Below, piece by piece: positions 1 to 9,948 of a stretch of DNA of 64,000 nt. The first letter of the stretch is position 1. The number at the start of each line of letters is the position of its first letter. Made by a program: the position numbers and the translations under genes. The DNA comes from Bacteroidota bacterium (lineage in GTDB: Bacteria; Bacteroidota; Bacteroidia; JAFLBG01). The DNA lies in NCBI GenBank assembly GCA_017303975.1, contig JAFLBG010000006.1:23126-87125 (forward strand), given 5' to 3'. The notes beneath the pieces are model-generated. The model was not told the origin of the DNA and did no database searches. It saw only the letters and a program-made list of their open reading frames with translations.

Positions 1-267
1 AAAGGCCAAAGATATTTTTTTTAAGTAGTTTATATCCTCTTGCTCGCAGAGTAACGGTGATTTTTTCCGGTAAGTTGTTTAGAACGTTATTCTGTTTGTA
101 CTTAATGTACTTTGTAGGGAACGTAATGGTGGTAGTATAATCCTTAGATAAGGCATTTAGAAACCAGAAAAAGATAGAAAGTAATAAACAGCAGATAAAT
201 ACTATTATCTTTCTGTTTATTACTCTTATGTTGTTTTTTTCTTGGTAGTCAGGGCGTATGTCCAAGA
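1..267 (-). CDS. Partial ORF running off the window edge. N-terminal part of a membrane or secreted protein (hydrophobic segment IIVFICCLLLSIFFWFL), with a possible TTG start at 265-267
   Basis: Open reading frame on the minus strand from about 267 to position 1 with no stop. It lies directly downstream of yajC in the same orientation. No ATG is present, so only a TTG start candidate. Confidence 0.25.
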
Positions 268-274
268 CGAACTA

Positions 275-610
275 TTATTTAGTTGCGCCAATTAATTGGC
301 TAGATTCCATTGATACAGCTTGCTTTTCAATTTCTAAACGAACGCCTCCACCTACATCAATCAAAAAAGTTTTCTCGTTTATATCTGCTATTTTTCCATG
401 GATACCGCCAATGGTAATAATTTTATCGCCCTTTTTAATAGACTCGCGGAATTTTTTTTGCTCTTTCGATTTTTTTAATTGAGGACGAATCATAAAAAAA
501 TAGAATACTACTATTATTAGAATAATAGGTAGTAGTTGCATAATTGGATTTTCTGCTCCTTTGCTTCCTGCTGGAGGTGCCATTAATAAAATTGATAGAA
601 GATAATTCAT
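275..610 (-). CDS. yajC: Preprotein translocase subunit YajC
   Basis: 111 aa. N-terminal TM followed by the conserved YajC core (FFMIRPQ..K....[19 protein letters not shown]). Confidence 0.85.
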   Translation of the reverse strand: MNYLLSILLMAPPAGSKGAENPIMQLLPIILIIVVFYFFMIRPQLKKSKEQKKFRESIKKGDKIITIGGIHGKIADINEKTFLIDVGGGVRLEIEKQAVSMESSQLIGATK

Positions 611-613
611 AAT

Positions 614-1111
614 TTATTTTTCGTTTTTAGTTGTTGGTATTATTATTTCTGTAGATATTTTTAAAATTTGTGTGCTCGGATTTGAGTTTGTTACTACTGT
701 AATCGTTTTTGAAACCTTGCCTTCTTTCCCTTCGCTGTCAAAAATCACATCTATTGTTCCTTCTGCACCAGGCACAATAGGTTTGTCTGAAAATGTTGGA
801 ACGGTACATCCGCAGCTTCCTTGAGCCGATGCTATTAGTAAATCAGCCTTTCCGGTATTTTTAAATTTAAACGAGTGAGATACTTTTTCTCCCTGTGAAA
901 TTTTTCCAAAATCATGTTCTGATTTTTCAAATTCAATTACCGGAATGGCAGAATTGTTTGCGTCTGTTGCACTAAGTGGGTTTGTTACTAAATCTGTTGT
1001 AATCTCTTTGTTGGTTTCTTGTTGCTTGCAAGAGAACAGGAAAAATGTAGCTACTAAAATAAGTATGTGTGTATATTTTGTATTCATTTTCAAACTTTCA
1101 AATTGACTCAT
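614..1111 (-). CDS. DUF1573 domain lipoprotein
   Basis: Signal peptide plus the GSCGCT motif typical of DUF1573. The yajC-DUF1573-nusB arrangement is common in Bacteroidota. Confidence 0.65.
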   Translation of the reverse strand: MSQFESLKMNTKYTHILILVATFFLFSCKQQETNKEITTDLVTNPLSATDANNSAIPVIEFEKSEHDFGKISQGEKVSHSFKFKNTGKADLLIASAQGSCGCTVPTFSDKPIVPGAEGTIDVIFDSEGKEGKVSKTITVVTNSNPSTQILKISTEIIIPTTKNEK

Positions 1112-1124
1112 TTTCTAATCAATA

Positions 1125-2072
1125 CTATTCCATCAAACCTCTGCCGGTTTTTTGTATTTTATCTGTTCGTTTAAAATCCGCCACTAATTTATCTAAAATA
1201 CCGTTTATAAATATTTTGCTTTTAGGAGTGCTATAGTATTTGGATAATTCAATGTATTCGTTTAGAGTTACTTTTATTGGAATTTGAGAAAACTGTGTAA
1301 GTTCTGTAATAGCCATTTTCATGAGTAATACATCCATTACTGCAATACGTTCAACTTCCCAATTTTTCGTTTTTTCGGATATGTAGGCCGCATTTTCTTT
1401 GTCGTTTACAATTGTTTTTCTAAACAAATCGGAAATAAATTTTCTATCATCTTCGGCTTCTTTATATAAAGGTAATAGCGGATGGTTTTCGTTTGATTTT
1501 TCATTAAATCCTTCAATTGTTTTTACCACCATCGAGTTTACATAGTCAATATCATCAGCCCAATGGATGTTTTTTTCTTCAAAGAAATAACGCAACAATT
1601 CAAATTCGCCAATCACCTCAGCATAAATATCATACAGGAAATTAGAGTGAGCTTTAAAGCTAGTGTCTTCAGAAAGCATGTAGTTTTGGTAAATTGGATG
1701 CTGTTTTATTGCACTATAAATTTTCTTAATAAGCTCTGGGTCTTCTTGCCAGCCAATTTTTCTTGCAGCAGCTTCTTTTTTTAGTTGCAAGTTTTTTTCT
1801 AAAAGTTGAAGTATTGGATTTGTAATAAATTTAATGTTTGGATCTAAATCTTCTTTGGTTGGTAAACGCTTGTTTTTAGCATCGTTTAGAGTGCTTTCCG
1901 CAACATCTCTAATCTCCGTAAATAGGAGCATTAAATAAATATAGAGGTCGTATATTTTATTTATGCTGTGGGTAAGGTGCTGTTCTCCTTTTGCAATGTC
2001 GCTATTTTCCGACTGAAAAAATGCGTACAAGGCTTGCATTACCTTTATTCGTAAGTATCTTCTGTTTAGCAT
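1125..2072 (-). CDS. nusB: Transcription antitermination factor NusB (long Bacteroidota form)
   Basis: N-terminus MLNRRYLRIKVMQALYAFFQS matches the NusB RRxxR..QALY signature. Its position upstream of yajC also fits. Confidence 0.7.
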   Translation of the reverse strand: MLNRRYLRIKVMQALYAFFQSENSDIAKGEQHLTHSINKIYDLYIYLMLLFTEIRDVAESTLNDAKNKRLPTKEDLDPNIKFITNPILQLLEKNLQLKKEAAARKIGWQEDPELIKKIYSAIKQHPIYQNYMLSEDTSFKAHSNFLYDIYAEVIGEFELLRYFFEEKNIHWADDIDYVNSMVVKTIEGFNEKSNENHPLLPLYKEAEDDRKFISDLFRKTIVNDKENAAYISEKTKNWEVERIAVMDVLLMKMAITELTQFSQIPIKVTLNEYIELSKYYSTPKSKIFINGILDKLVADFKRTDKIQKTGRGLME

Positions 2073-2107
2073 AAATAAAAAAGAACGTTTAGTTGATTAG
2101 TTTACCG

Positions 2108-3217
2108 TTAAAATGTTGATTTAATTCGAGCTATTTCTGCGATTCTTTTTTCTGCCAATTGATTAGCCGCCATGTATGTTGGAATATTTTTTTCTTTAGA
2201 AATAGCAAATATTGAAAGTGTAGTGTTGTAAATGCCTTCAGCTTTTGCCATTGCTCTTTCTCTGTTGTAACCTTCTAACTCGCTATATACATTAATTAAG
2301 CCTCCTGCATTTATAACAAAGTCGGGCGCATATAAAATACCTTTTTTAATTACGGCTTCGCCATGTTTTACCTCGTCTGCTAATTGGTTGTTTGCAGCAC
2401 CTGCAATGATAGAACATTTAAGTCTTCCAAGTGTATCATCATTTACAGTAGCTCCCAATGCACAAGGTGCATAAATCTCAGCATCAATATCATAAATTTT
2501 GTCGGCTGCAATTACTTCGGCTTTTGTTTCCGCAGCTACCATTTTCAGGCGAGCTTCATTAATATCCGTAATATAAACTTTAACACCATCTTTAGTTAAG
2601 TGCTTCACTAAATTCATTCCTACGCTGCCAATACCTTGTACAATAGCTTTTTTTCCTGCTAAACTATCGCTGCCCCATTTTTCTTTGGCAGAAGCTTTAA
2701 TACCAAGATATACTCCATACGCTGTTACTGGCGAAGGGTCTCCGCTGCCACCAAGGCTTTCCGGCATGCCACTTACGTGTTTTGTTTCCATGCCAATAAA
2801 TTCCATGTCTTTACTTCCCATTCCAACATCCTCAGCTGTAATGTATTTGCCCGACAGGCTATTTACAAATTTTCCGAATCTGCGCAATAATGCTTCGTTT
2901 TTATGTTTGCTAGAGTCGCCTATAATTACGGCTTTTCCTCCACCTAAATTTAAACCTGCTACCGAGGCTTTGTATGTCATACCTCTTGACAGGCGAAGCA
3001 CATCGTTTAGTGCTTCTGCTTCGTTGTTGTACTGCCACATACGTGTGCCACCTAAGCTTGGTCCCAAAACGGTGTTGTGAATAGCAATAATTGCTTTTAG
3101 CCCAGTTTCTATGTCGCTACAAAAAACAACTTGTTCGTGGTTATTTTTTAGCATATCTGATAATACAGTTAAGTTAGCAGATGGAGCTTCAGCTGTTTTG
3201 CTTAAGGTAGTACTCAT
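2108..3217 (-). CDS. Glu/Leu/Phe/Val dehydrogenase family (leucine dehydrogenase-like)
   Basis: 369 aa. NAD-binding GIGSVG motif and the catalytic-region LNLGGGKAVIIGD motif typical of Leu/Phe dehydrogenases. Confidence 0.8.
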   Translation of the reverse strand: MSTTLSKTAEAPSANLTVLSDMLKNNHEQVVFCSDIETGLKAIIAIHNTVLGPSLGGTRMWQYNNEAEALNDVLRLSRGMTYKASVAGLNLGGGKAVIIGDSSKHKNEALLRRFGKFVNSLSGKYITAEDVGMGSKDMEFIGMETKHVSGMPESLGGSGDPSPVTAYGVYLGIKASAKEKWGSDSLAGKKAIVQGIGSVGMNLVKHLTKDGVKVYITDINEARLKMVAAETKAEVIAADKIYDIDAEIYAPCALGATVNDDTLGRLKCSIIAGAANNQLADEVKHGEAVIKKGILYAPDFVINAGGLINVYSELEGYNRERAMAKAEGIYNTTLSIFAISKEKNIPTYMAANQLAEKRIAEIARIKSTF

Positions 3218-3397
3218 AAAATTTATTTTGCCTTTTTTGTATTCGTATTAATTGGTGTAATTATACTAATTTTTAGCGATACTAGGGCAAAATACTATGT
3301 ATAGAATTTTATGTAATTGTGCAATTAAATTTTTTTAGTTCAATTATATTTCAGAAACTTTATGACTCTTATAATTAGTATCAGTTTCATATAAGTT

Positions 3398-4000
3398 GTG
3401 TTAAAAAAATATTACGATAAAAGTTTAATTGAAGCCGGTTGTGATGAAGCTGGAAGAGGCTGTATGGCTGGCCCTGTATATGCAGCAGCAGTTATACTGC
3501 CCAAGAGTTTTAGCCATCCGTTATTAAATGATTCTAAAAAATTAACAGATGCACAGCGTAAAATTCTTAGACCAATTATAGAACAAGAGGCGCTTGCATA
3601 TGCAGTAGCATCGGTTTCGGAAGCAATGATTGATAAAATTAACATTTTAAATGCTTCTATACGAGCCATGCATTTGGCTGTGGCAAAGCTAAAAACAGAA
3701 CCAGCTCTTTTATTGATTGATGGTAATAGGTTTAAGCCTTATAAGAATGTTCAGCACCACTGTATTATAGGCGGAGATGGAAAGTATGCCTCTATTGCAG
3801 CGGCCTCTATTTTGGCTAAAACGTATAGAGATGATTTTATGGACAAGTTGCATGATTCTTTCCCCGTGTATGGATGGCTTAAGAATAAAGGGTACGGTAC
3901 CCTTGATCATAGAATTGCGATGGAAAAGCATGGCTTGTGTGAGTACCATCGTAAATCATTTAAACTAAAATCTACACAACTTGCTATAGCGTTTAAGTAA
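3398..4000 (+). CDS. rnhB: Ribonuclease HII
   Basis: GCDEAGRGCMAGPV active-site motif. ~200 aa. Confidence 0.9.
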   Translation: MLKKYYDKSLIEAGCDEAGRGCMAGPVYAAAVILPKSFSHPLLNDSKKLTDAQRKILRPIIEQEALAYAVASVSEAMIDKINILNASIRAMHLAVAKLKTEPALLLIDGNRFKPYKNVQHHCIIGGDGKYASIAAASILAKTYRDDFMDKLHDSFPVYGWLKNKGYGTLDHRIAMEKHGLCEYHRKSFKLKSTQLAIAFK

Positions 4001-4015
4001 AATATTTATGAAGCT

Positions 4016-5779
4016 TTGAAATCATTAGCGTACCTCAATTCGTATTTGTTTAAGTATAAATTCCAGCTTGTATTGGGAATAGTGTTTGTTGCGCTGTCTA
4101 ACTTTTTTGCTGTTTACACAGCTCCACTTGTTCGCTCTGCAGTTGATTATATTAAAAAGGTTTCTGAAAATACAGCTGGCTATGACAAAGAATCTGTTTT
4201 TAGCGAGCTGGTTCAGTTTGGCTTGTTAATTTTTTCAGCGGCTTTGTTGAACGGAATTTTTATGTTTCTAATGCGCCAAACTATAATTGTAATGAGTAGG
4301 AGAGTAGAGTATGATTTGAAAAATGATATTTATAATCATTACCAAAAACTAAGTCTGGCATTTTACAAACGAAACAACACAGGCGATTTGATGAATAGAA
4401 TTAGTGAAGATGTAAGTCGTGTGCGAATGTATATCGGGCCTGCAATCATGTATGTAGTAAATACACTGGTAACGTTTGTACTTACGCTCATTTTTATGTT
4501 TAACGTAAATACAGAGCTAACCATTTATGTGCTAATTCCCTTGCCATTCTTGGTTTTTGGAATATACTATGTAAGCGCATTGATTAATAAAAAGAGTACA
4601 ATAGTACAAGAACAACTTTCTACGCTTTCTACTATTGCACAAGAAACTTTTTCGGGAATACGAGTTATAAAGTCGTATGGCCGGGAAGACTATTATGCTG
4701 CTAAATTTGAGAACGAGAGCGAAGTGTATAAAAATAAAAATTTGTCTTTAGTAAGAACGGATGCTCTTTTTCAGCCTGTAATGATTTTGATGATTGGGCT
4801 TAGTACGTTGCTTACCATATTTATTGGAGGCAAGCAGGCTATTGAAGGTTCTATAAGCATTGGTAACATTGCAGAATTTATTATCTACGTAAATCGTTTA
4901 ACATGGCCAATAGCTTCGTTGGGTTGGGTTACCTCTCTTATACAGCGTGCTGCGGCATCGCAAACCAGAATAAACGAATTTTTGCACACAGAACCCGAAG
5001 TTAGAAATCAATCTACTCTGAATTATAAACTTGATGGAAAAATTGAATTTAAAAATGTAAGTTTTGTATATCCCGATTCAGGTATTCAGGCATTAAAGAA
5101 TGTTTCGTTTGTGCTGGATTCTGGTAAAACACTTGCTATTATTGGAAAAACTGGTAGCGGAAAATCTACTTTAGCAAACTTAGTATGTAGAATGTATGAT
5201 GTTTCTTCCGGCAGTATTGAAATTGATGGAAAAATAATACAGGAGCACAATTTGAATATTTTGAGAACATCTATTGGATATGTTCCACAAGAAGTTTTCT
5301 TATTTTCTGATACAATTACTGGAAATATTTCATTTTCATCGATTACTGAAGGTAATATCTTTACAAATACTCAGGTTGAGCAAGCGGCAAAAGATGCAGC
5401 CATTTATAACGACATAATACGTTTCCCCGATAAATTTGAAACTGTTGTAGGCGAAAGAGGAATTACTCTTTCCGGAGGACAAAAGCAGCGATTATCTATT
5501 GCACGGGCTATCATCAAAGCTCCGCAAATACTAATTTTTGACGATTGTTTGTCGGCTGTTGATACCGAAACAGAGGAAACAATACAAAGAAATTTAAAAC
5601 GCATAATGAAGAATAGAACATCAGTAATAATAAGCCATAGAGTATCATCTGTTAAAAAAGCTGATTTTATTATTGTGCTGAATGAGGGACAAATTATAGA
5701 ACAAGGTTCGCATCAACAACTTATAGAGCAAAATGGATATTATGCTGAAATGTATCAAATGCAATTATTGAAAGAGTAA
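4016..5779 (+). CDS. ABC transporter, fused permease/ATPase (MsbA/lipid-A-exporter-like)
   Basis: Six-TM N-terminal domain. Walker A GKTGSGKST, ABC signature LSGGQKQRLSIARA, and Walker B ILIFDD. Confidence 0.85.
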   Translation: MKSLAYLNSYLFKYKFQLVLGIVFVALSNFFAVYTAPLVRSAVDYIKKVSENTAGYDKESVFSELVQFGLLIFSAALLNGIFMFLMRQTIIVMSRRVEYDLKNDIYNHYQKLSLAFYKRNNTGDLMNRISEDVSRVRMYIGPAIMYVVNTLVTFVLTLIFMFNVNTELTIYVLIPLPFLVFGIYYVSALINKKSTIVQEQLSTLSTIAQETFSGIRVIKSYGREDYYAAKFENESEVYKNKNLSLVRTDALFQPVMILMIGLSTLLTIFIGGKQAIEGSISIGNIAEFIIYVNRLTWPIASLGWVTSLIQRAAASQTRINEFLHTEPEVRNQSTLNYKLDGKIEFKNVSFVYPDSGIQALKNVSFVLDSGKTLAIIGKTGSGKSTLANLVCRMYDVSSGSIEIDGKIIQEHNLNILRTSIGYVPQEVFLFSDTITGNISFSSITEGNIFTNTQVEQAAKDAAIYNDIIRFPDKFETVVGERGITLSGGQKQRLSIARAIIKAPQILIFDDCLSAVDTETEETIQRNLKRIMKNRTSVIISHRVSSVKKADFIIVLNEGQIIEQGSHQQLIEQNGYYAEMYQMQLLKE

Positions 5780-5793
5780 TGAGGTGGCTACAG

Positions 5794-8220
5794 TTATATC
5801 TTGTAAGAACTACTTTTTTTTAGTCGTTCAACTATTGCTAAGGCTGTGCCTATAATCATAATAACGCACCCTAGCCACAAAACATTAATATAGGGAAATA
5901 TGGCAGCTTCCATTACTACGAAGTCTCTTTTGTTTGATTTTTTTTCCGAAATGTAAATTTCCACTTCTTGTTTTTCAGGATTAATTTTCCAGAAATTAAA
6001 TTTTAAGCCAAGGGTATCAACTGTATAGTCGGTTGATTTGACAGAGGCGTTTGTAATAATATATTTTGGTTTAGCGTAATAAATTGTACTAAACTTATCA
6101 ATTAATCGTAGGTGAGCTGTTACGGCAAGTTCAATCTGTTGTGTTGTGTCAATTTTGTCCCCATCGGCTGTTAGCGAATCTACAAGCACAATAGAATTAG
6201 ATGTAAAAAGCGTATCGCCCATTTTAATGATATTGTTTTTTGGCTTAGCGTATTCACTATTTGAATCGTCTTCTATTACATCTAAATCGGCATATGTAAT
6301 GTGCGTGTAAATGTCTTTTGTTAAAAAATGCCGTGTGTCCGGTTCCGCTACATTACCCATTCTGTCGTTTGTTTGTACTAATGGGAATAATGTAAATTCA
6401 TAGGCATAACCTGTATCTTTTTTCGTAAAATATTTTATTTCAAAATAAATATTAACACCTTCTTTTTTTTTGCCAACATAGGTAACATGGTAATTGCCCA
6501 TTTGAAGGGTATCGTGTTGTTGCAGTAAAATATTTTTTTGGTCAGAAAAATCTTCTCCTAAATTTGAAACACTCATATTTGCTGAGTTTTGCGAAATGGT
6601 TTCCTTTTTACCTGCGGAAAGCAAAGCTCCTAACATAATTAAAGAAAACCCAATATGTGCAATTGATGCTCCTGCTTTTTTAATATTTCCTTTTAATACA
6701 CTTCGTATATAATCAGCATTTGCAATTGCTGCAAATAAGCTACTGAACAATAAGAGGGCGTAAAAAGGTTTATTTATTTGCATCCCAAATGCAATAGCTA
6801 TTGTAAGTAAGAGAGAAGTAATAGCAGGGATAACCAATTTTTTTGCTGTTTCTTTTGCATTGCTGTTTTTGTATTTTAAAAACTGCCCTAGGCCAATAAG
6901 CAATAAAACAAGTATGCACAGCGGTATCTGCCAAGAGTTGTAATGCTCTACAATTTTTGAAGGAGGAGCTAATTTCAAACTGAAAATTTTATTGATTACC
7001 GGAATAGAGGTAGTGTAGGTAATTTGAAATGCAGATATAATAAGTACCAATGCTCCAATAAACATCCAAAATTCTCTGCTTAAAACCGGGTCTTCTTCTT
7101 TACCGGATGCCAGTTGTTTTCTGTTTAGCAGTAATAATACAATTCCTAAAACAACATAAAATAGCAAATAAATAAGTAATTGCCCCGACATTCCTAGGTC
7201 GGTAAAAGCATGTACGGATGTTTCTCCTAAAATTCCACTGCGAGTTAAAAAAGTAGAGTACAGAATAAGGATAAATGTTGCTATTGATAAAATATACGTT
7301 GATAAAAGAGCTGTTCCTCTTGCTTTATTAATGAGCATCGTGTGTGCAGCTGCAACCAATATTATCCAAGGAACTAACGAAGCATTTTCAACCGGATCCC
7401 ATGCCCAAAAGCCACCAAAACTAAGTGCTTCATAAGCCCAAGCTCCACCCATTAGTATTCCAGTTCCTAGAACTATGATAGAAAAAAAAGCCCATGGAAG
7501 CGCAATTGATTGCCATTGGTTGTATTTTTTTTGCCATAGCCCTGCAATGGCAAATGCAAATGGAACTAATGTGGATGCAAATCCAAGAAAGAGAGTAGGA
7601 GGGTGAATTGTCATCCAGTAGTTTTGTAATAGCGGATTTAACCCCCTTCCATCTAGTGTCTCTAAGTAGTTAGGATTTGCAAACAACGGAATATTTGCAA
7701 AATCGGGATGTTCACGCAAGAGAATTGTAAAGGGATTACTTCCTAAATGAAAATCGCCAATATAAATACCTAACAGCATGGAGCTTAAAAATATTTGAAC
7801 ACTCGAAAATACTGTCATTACTGGCGATTCCCAGTTTTTTAAGGATCGCATTAAAATCAACCCCAATACTACATGCCAAAAAGACCAAAGCAAAAAACTT
7901 CCTTCCTGTCCTTCCCAAAAGCAAGAAAAAATATACTTTAAATTCATGGCTTTATTCGAGTGTTGCCAAACATATTGGTATTCGAATAAATGATTGTACA
8001 GCATGTAAAATAGTGTGGCAACAATACCAATTACAGAAGCCGCATGTGCTAAAAAAAAGAATCGTGCATTTTTTTTCCAACGGGAGGTAATGTCAAGTTG
8101 CTGTTGAGTAGCCATAAAATAGGCAACTGTGGCTCCCACAGAAAAAACGAAAGAAAGAATTACAAAAACATTTCCTATTTGTCCCGGAAGTAATCGTTCG
8201 CCAATAAAAATAGTTTCCAT
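5794..8220 (-). CDS. ccmF: Cytochrome c-type biogenesis protein CcmF (heme lyase), extended form
   Basis: WWD heme-handling motif WAWDPVENASL. The ORF track starts at 8268 but overlaps ccmE by 44 nt. The internal Met giving METIFIGERLLPGQ matches the canonical CcmF N-terminus, so start set at 8220. Confidence 0.8.
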   Translation of the reverse strand: METIFIGERLLPGQIGNVFVILSFVFSVGATVAYFMATQQQLDITSRWKKNARFFFLAHAASVIGIVATLFYMLYNHLFEYQYVWQHSNKAMNLKYIFSCFWEGQEGSFLLWSFWHVVLGLILMRSLKNWESPVMTVFSSVQIFLSSMLLGIYIGDFHLGSNPFTILLREHPDFANIPLFANPNYLETLDGRGLNPLLQNYWMTIHPPTLFLGFASTLVPFAFAIAGLWQKKYNQWQSIALPWAFFSIIVLGTGILMGGAWAYEALSFGGFWAWDPVENASLVPWIILVAAAHTMLINKARGTALLSTYILSIATFILILYSTFLTRSGILGETSVHAFTDLGMSGQLLIYLLFYVVLGIVLLLLNRKQLASGKEEDPVLSREFWMFIGALVLIISAFQITYTTSIPVINKIFSLKLAPPSKIVEHYNSWQIPLCILVLLLIGLGQFLKYKNSNAKETAKKLVIPAITSLLLTIAIAFGMQINKPFYALLLFSSLFAAIANADYIRSVLKGNIKKAGASIAHIGFSLIMLGALLSAGKKETISQNSANMSVSNLGEDFSDQKNILLQQHDTLQMGNYHVTYVGKKKEGVNIYFEIKYFTKKDTGYAYEFTLFPLVQTNDRMGNVAEPDTRHFLTKDIYTHITYADLDVIEDDSNSEYAKPKNNIIKMGDTLFTSNSIVLVDSLTADGDKIDTTQQIELAVTAHLRLIDKFSTIYYAKPKYIITNASVKSTDYTVDTLGLKFNFWKINPEKQEVEIYISEKKSNKRDFVVMEAAIFPYINVLWLGCVIMIIGTALAIVERLKKSSSYKI

Positions 8221-8224
8221 AAGG

Positions 8225-8632
8225 CTAGCGAGTAATGTTTGAAGATGCTGTAGCAGATGGGACAGCATCGTTATATTTTGAAGGACATTTCATTAGAATT
8301 TCATTGGCATGAAAATCATTGCCACTGCACTTGCCAATAATTACAATCTGTTCCGATTTTTCAAAGTCTTGTGGTTTACTTTTATGCAGCACAATTTTTT
8401 TTTCTACACTATCGTTATCAAACATATAAAACGTAAATAGGTTTGCATTTTTTTCAGGTTCGTAATTTTGAGGCTTATCTCTATTTAGTTTTCCTACAAC
8501 ATGAAATTCTGAATCAGGGTTTTTAGCCGCCTCGCTAAAGTTAGAGTATGTGCTCGAATCAGCTAAGGTGCTATATATAGCACCAATGCTAACAGCAATT
8601 AAAATCAATGCAATTATGTGACTCTTTTTCAT
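8225..8632 (-). CDS. ccmE: Cytochrome c-type biogenesis protein CcmE (heme chaperone)
   Basis: 135 aa. N-terminal TM anchor followed by an OB-fold-like region. Sits between ccmD-like and ccmF. Heme-binding His region (..FHANEILMKCPSKY). Confidence 0.7.
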   Translation of the reverse strand: MKKSHIIALILIAVSIGAIYSTLADSSTYSNFSEAAKNPDSEFHVVGKLNRDKPQNYEPEKNANLFTFYMFDNDSVEKKIVLHKSKPQDFEKSEQIVIIGKCSGNDFHANEILMKCPSKYNDAVPSATASSNITR

Positions 8633-9018
8633 TCCTTTTTTTTAATTTTTTTCTTTGAAGCTTTGGGTGCGCTTATTTCGTCTAATATAATTGCTTCATT
8701 AATTGTTTCTTTAACTTGGTCTAATGGATAAGAGCTTAAGTTTTTAAATGTTATCCCTGCAATTTGCTTTCGTTTTTTTAAATCAAGTAATCCATATTCA
8801 TTTGATAGCTCTACTCCTCTAATAAAACATAACTCAACATCTTTTTGTTTTTTCGAGAGGTTTATGTAACATATCCAACTTTTTTTGTAATAAAATGGAA
8901 TATTGTAATTCTTCTTACAGTATATCCCAGGTATTGATAAGAGTAAATCATTTAAAAAAATAACTATTTCTTTTTGAGTTTTATTTTCAATGTTGAAAAT
9001 GAATTCATTTGCAGACAT
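8629..9018 (-). CDS. Hypothetical protein (DUF1801/YdhG-like?) inserted in the ccm cluster
   Basis: 129-aa ORF with no membrane segment and a lysine-rich tail. Overlaps ccmE by 4 nt (ATGA-type coupling). Confidence 0.35.
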   Translation of the reverse strand: MSANEFIFNIENKTQKEIVIFLNDLLLSIPGIYCKKNYNIPFYYKKSWICYINLSKKQKDVELCFIRGVELSNEYGLLDLKKRKQIAGITFKNLSSYPLDQVKETINEAIILDEISAPKASKKKIKKKE

Positions 9019-9038
9019 TTCAAAAAAAAGTAAGAATT

Positions 9039-9263
9039 TTAATCTTTTTTATTTATCTCTCTTTCTAATCTACTTAACTTTCTGTCAATTGCTACAAGGT
9101 ATGCAATTATACCTACAAATATTGCTACCAATACGGTAACAACTACATAAATTTTTCCGGAGCTTCTTAGTTGATCTGCCATTTCTACTTCGTTTTGGTT
9201 TTGTGCAAAAATAGTTGTTGCGAAACCACTAAATATGACTAGCAGTGCAAGTAGTTTCTTCAT
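9039..9263 (-). CDS. ccmD: CcmD-family small membrane protein
   Basis: 74 aa with a single TM (VVVTVLVAIFVGIIAYLVAI) followed by a charged tail. Sits between ccmC and ccmE, overlapping ccmC by 4 nt. Confidence 0.55.
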   Translation of the reverse strand: MKKLLALLVIFSGFATTIFAQNQNEVEMADQLRSSGKIYVVVTVLVAIFVGIIAYLVAIDRKLSRLEREINKKD

Positions 9264-9922
9264 ATACTGTTTAGTTTAATCAATAATTTTTTTGCTCTAA
9301 TTCGAATGGATAAAATCCAGGTAGCCAATAGTGTCCATCCAATAATTGCTGGATAAAATACCAATTTCATATTGTTGTTTAAGTCGTATCCTCCAAATCC
9401 AGGATTGCCACCATTTCCTGGGTGTAAAGAATCATTTAAGCGCGGTACAATCATTATAAACACAATAAGCATGGTGTAAGCAAAAACATTGTAAACCGCT
9501 GTTAATTGAGCTCTTTTCTGCACATCATCCACAGATGAGCGCAGTATTAAATAGGCTAAATAAATCAACATCGAGATGGCCGCCCCATTCAATTTGCTAT
9601 CGCTTACCCACCATGTGCCCCATGTAAATTTAGCCCAAATAGAGCCGGTTACTAGTCCCAAAGCACCAAGCAAAATACCTACATTGGCTGCTTCGGAGGC
9701 AACTATATCGTTGTGTAATTCTTGTTTTCGTAAATATTTAATACTGTGAATGAGCGAAACCAATAAAATAATAATCATCGAAAACCACATGGTTACATGA
9801 AAATAAAGGTTTCGGATGGTTTCATTTAAAATGGCAAGAGCAGGAACCTCAAACAAAAATCCCGCAGAGATTGTGTATATAAGAAGTAAAACGGATAGTG
9901 CTTTCCACCAATGTTTGAGCAT
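9260..9922 (-). CDS. ccmC: Heme exporter protein CcmC
   Basis: Polytopic membrane protein with the WGTWWVSDSKL (WWD-type) motif. Confidence 0.75.
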   Translation of the reverse strand: MLKHWWKALSVLLLIYTISAGFLFEVPALAILNETIRNLYFHVTMWFSMIIILLVSLIHSIKYLRKQELHNDIVASEAANVGILLGALGLVTGSIWAKFTWGTWWVSDSKLNGAAISMLIYLAYLILRSSVDDVQKRAQLTAVYNVFAYTMLIVFIMIVPRLNDSLHPGNGGNPGFGGYDLNNNMKLVFYPAIIGWTLLATWILSIRIRAKKLLIKLNSI

Positions 9923-9948
9923 AACTAATTAATACAAAAGTTTTAAAA

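Noticed and set aside
258-482. 74-aa plus-strand ORF
   Set aside because: It lies entirely antisense to the well-supported yajC gene and has low-complexity, non-protein-like composition.
1563-3080. Plus-strand ORFs (1563..1784, 2384..2599, 2685..3080) inside nusB and the Leu dehydrogenase gene
   Set aside because: They are antisense to strongly supported genes and carry no motifs. They are typical shadow ORFs of an AT-rich genome.
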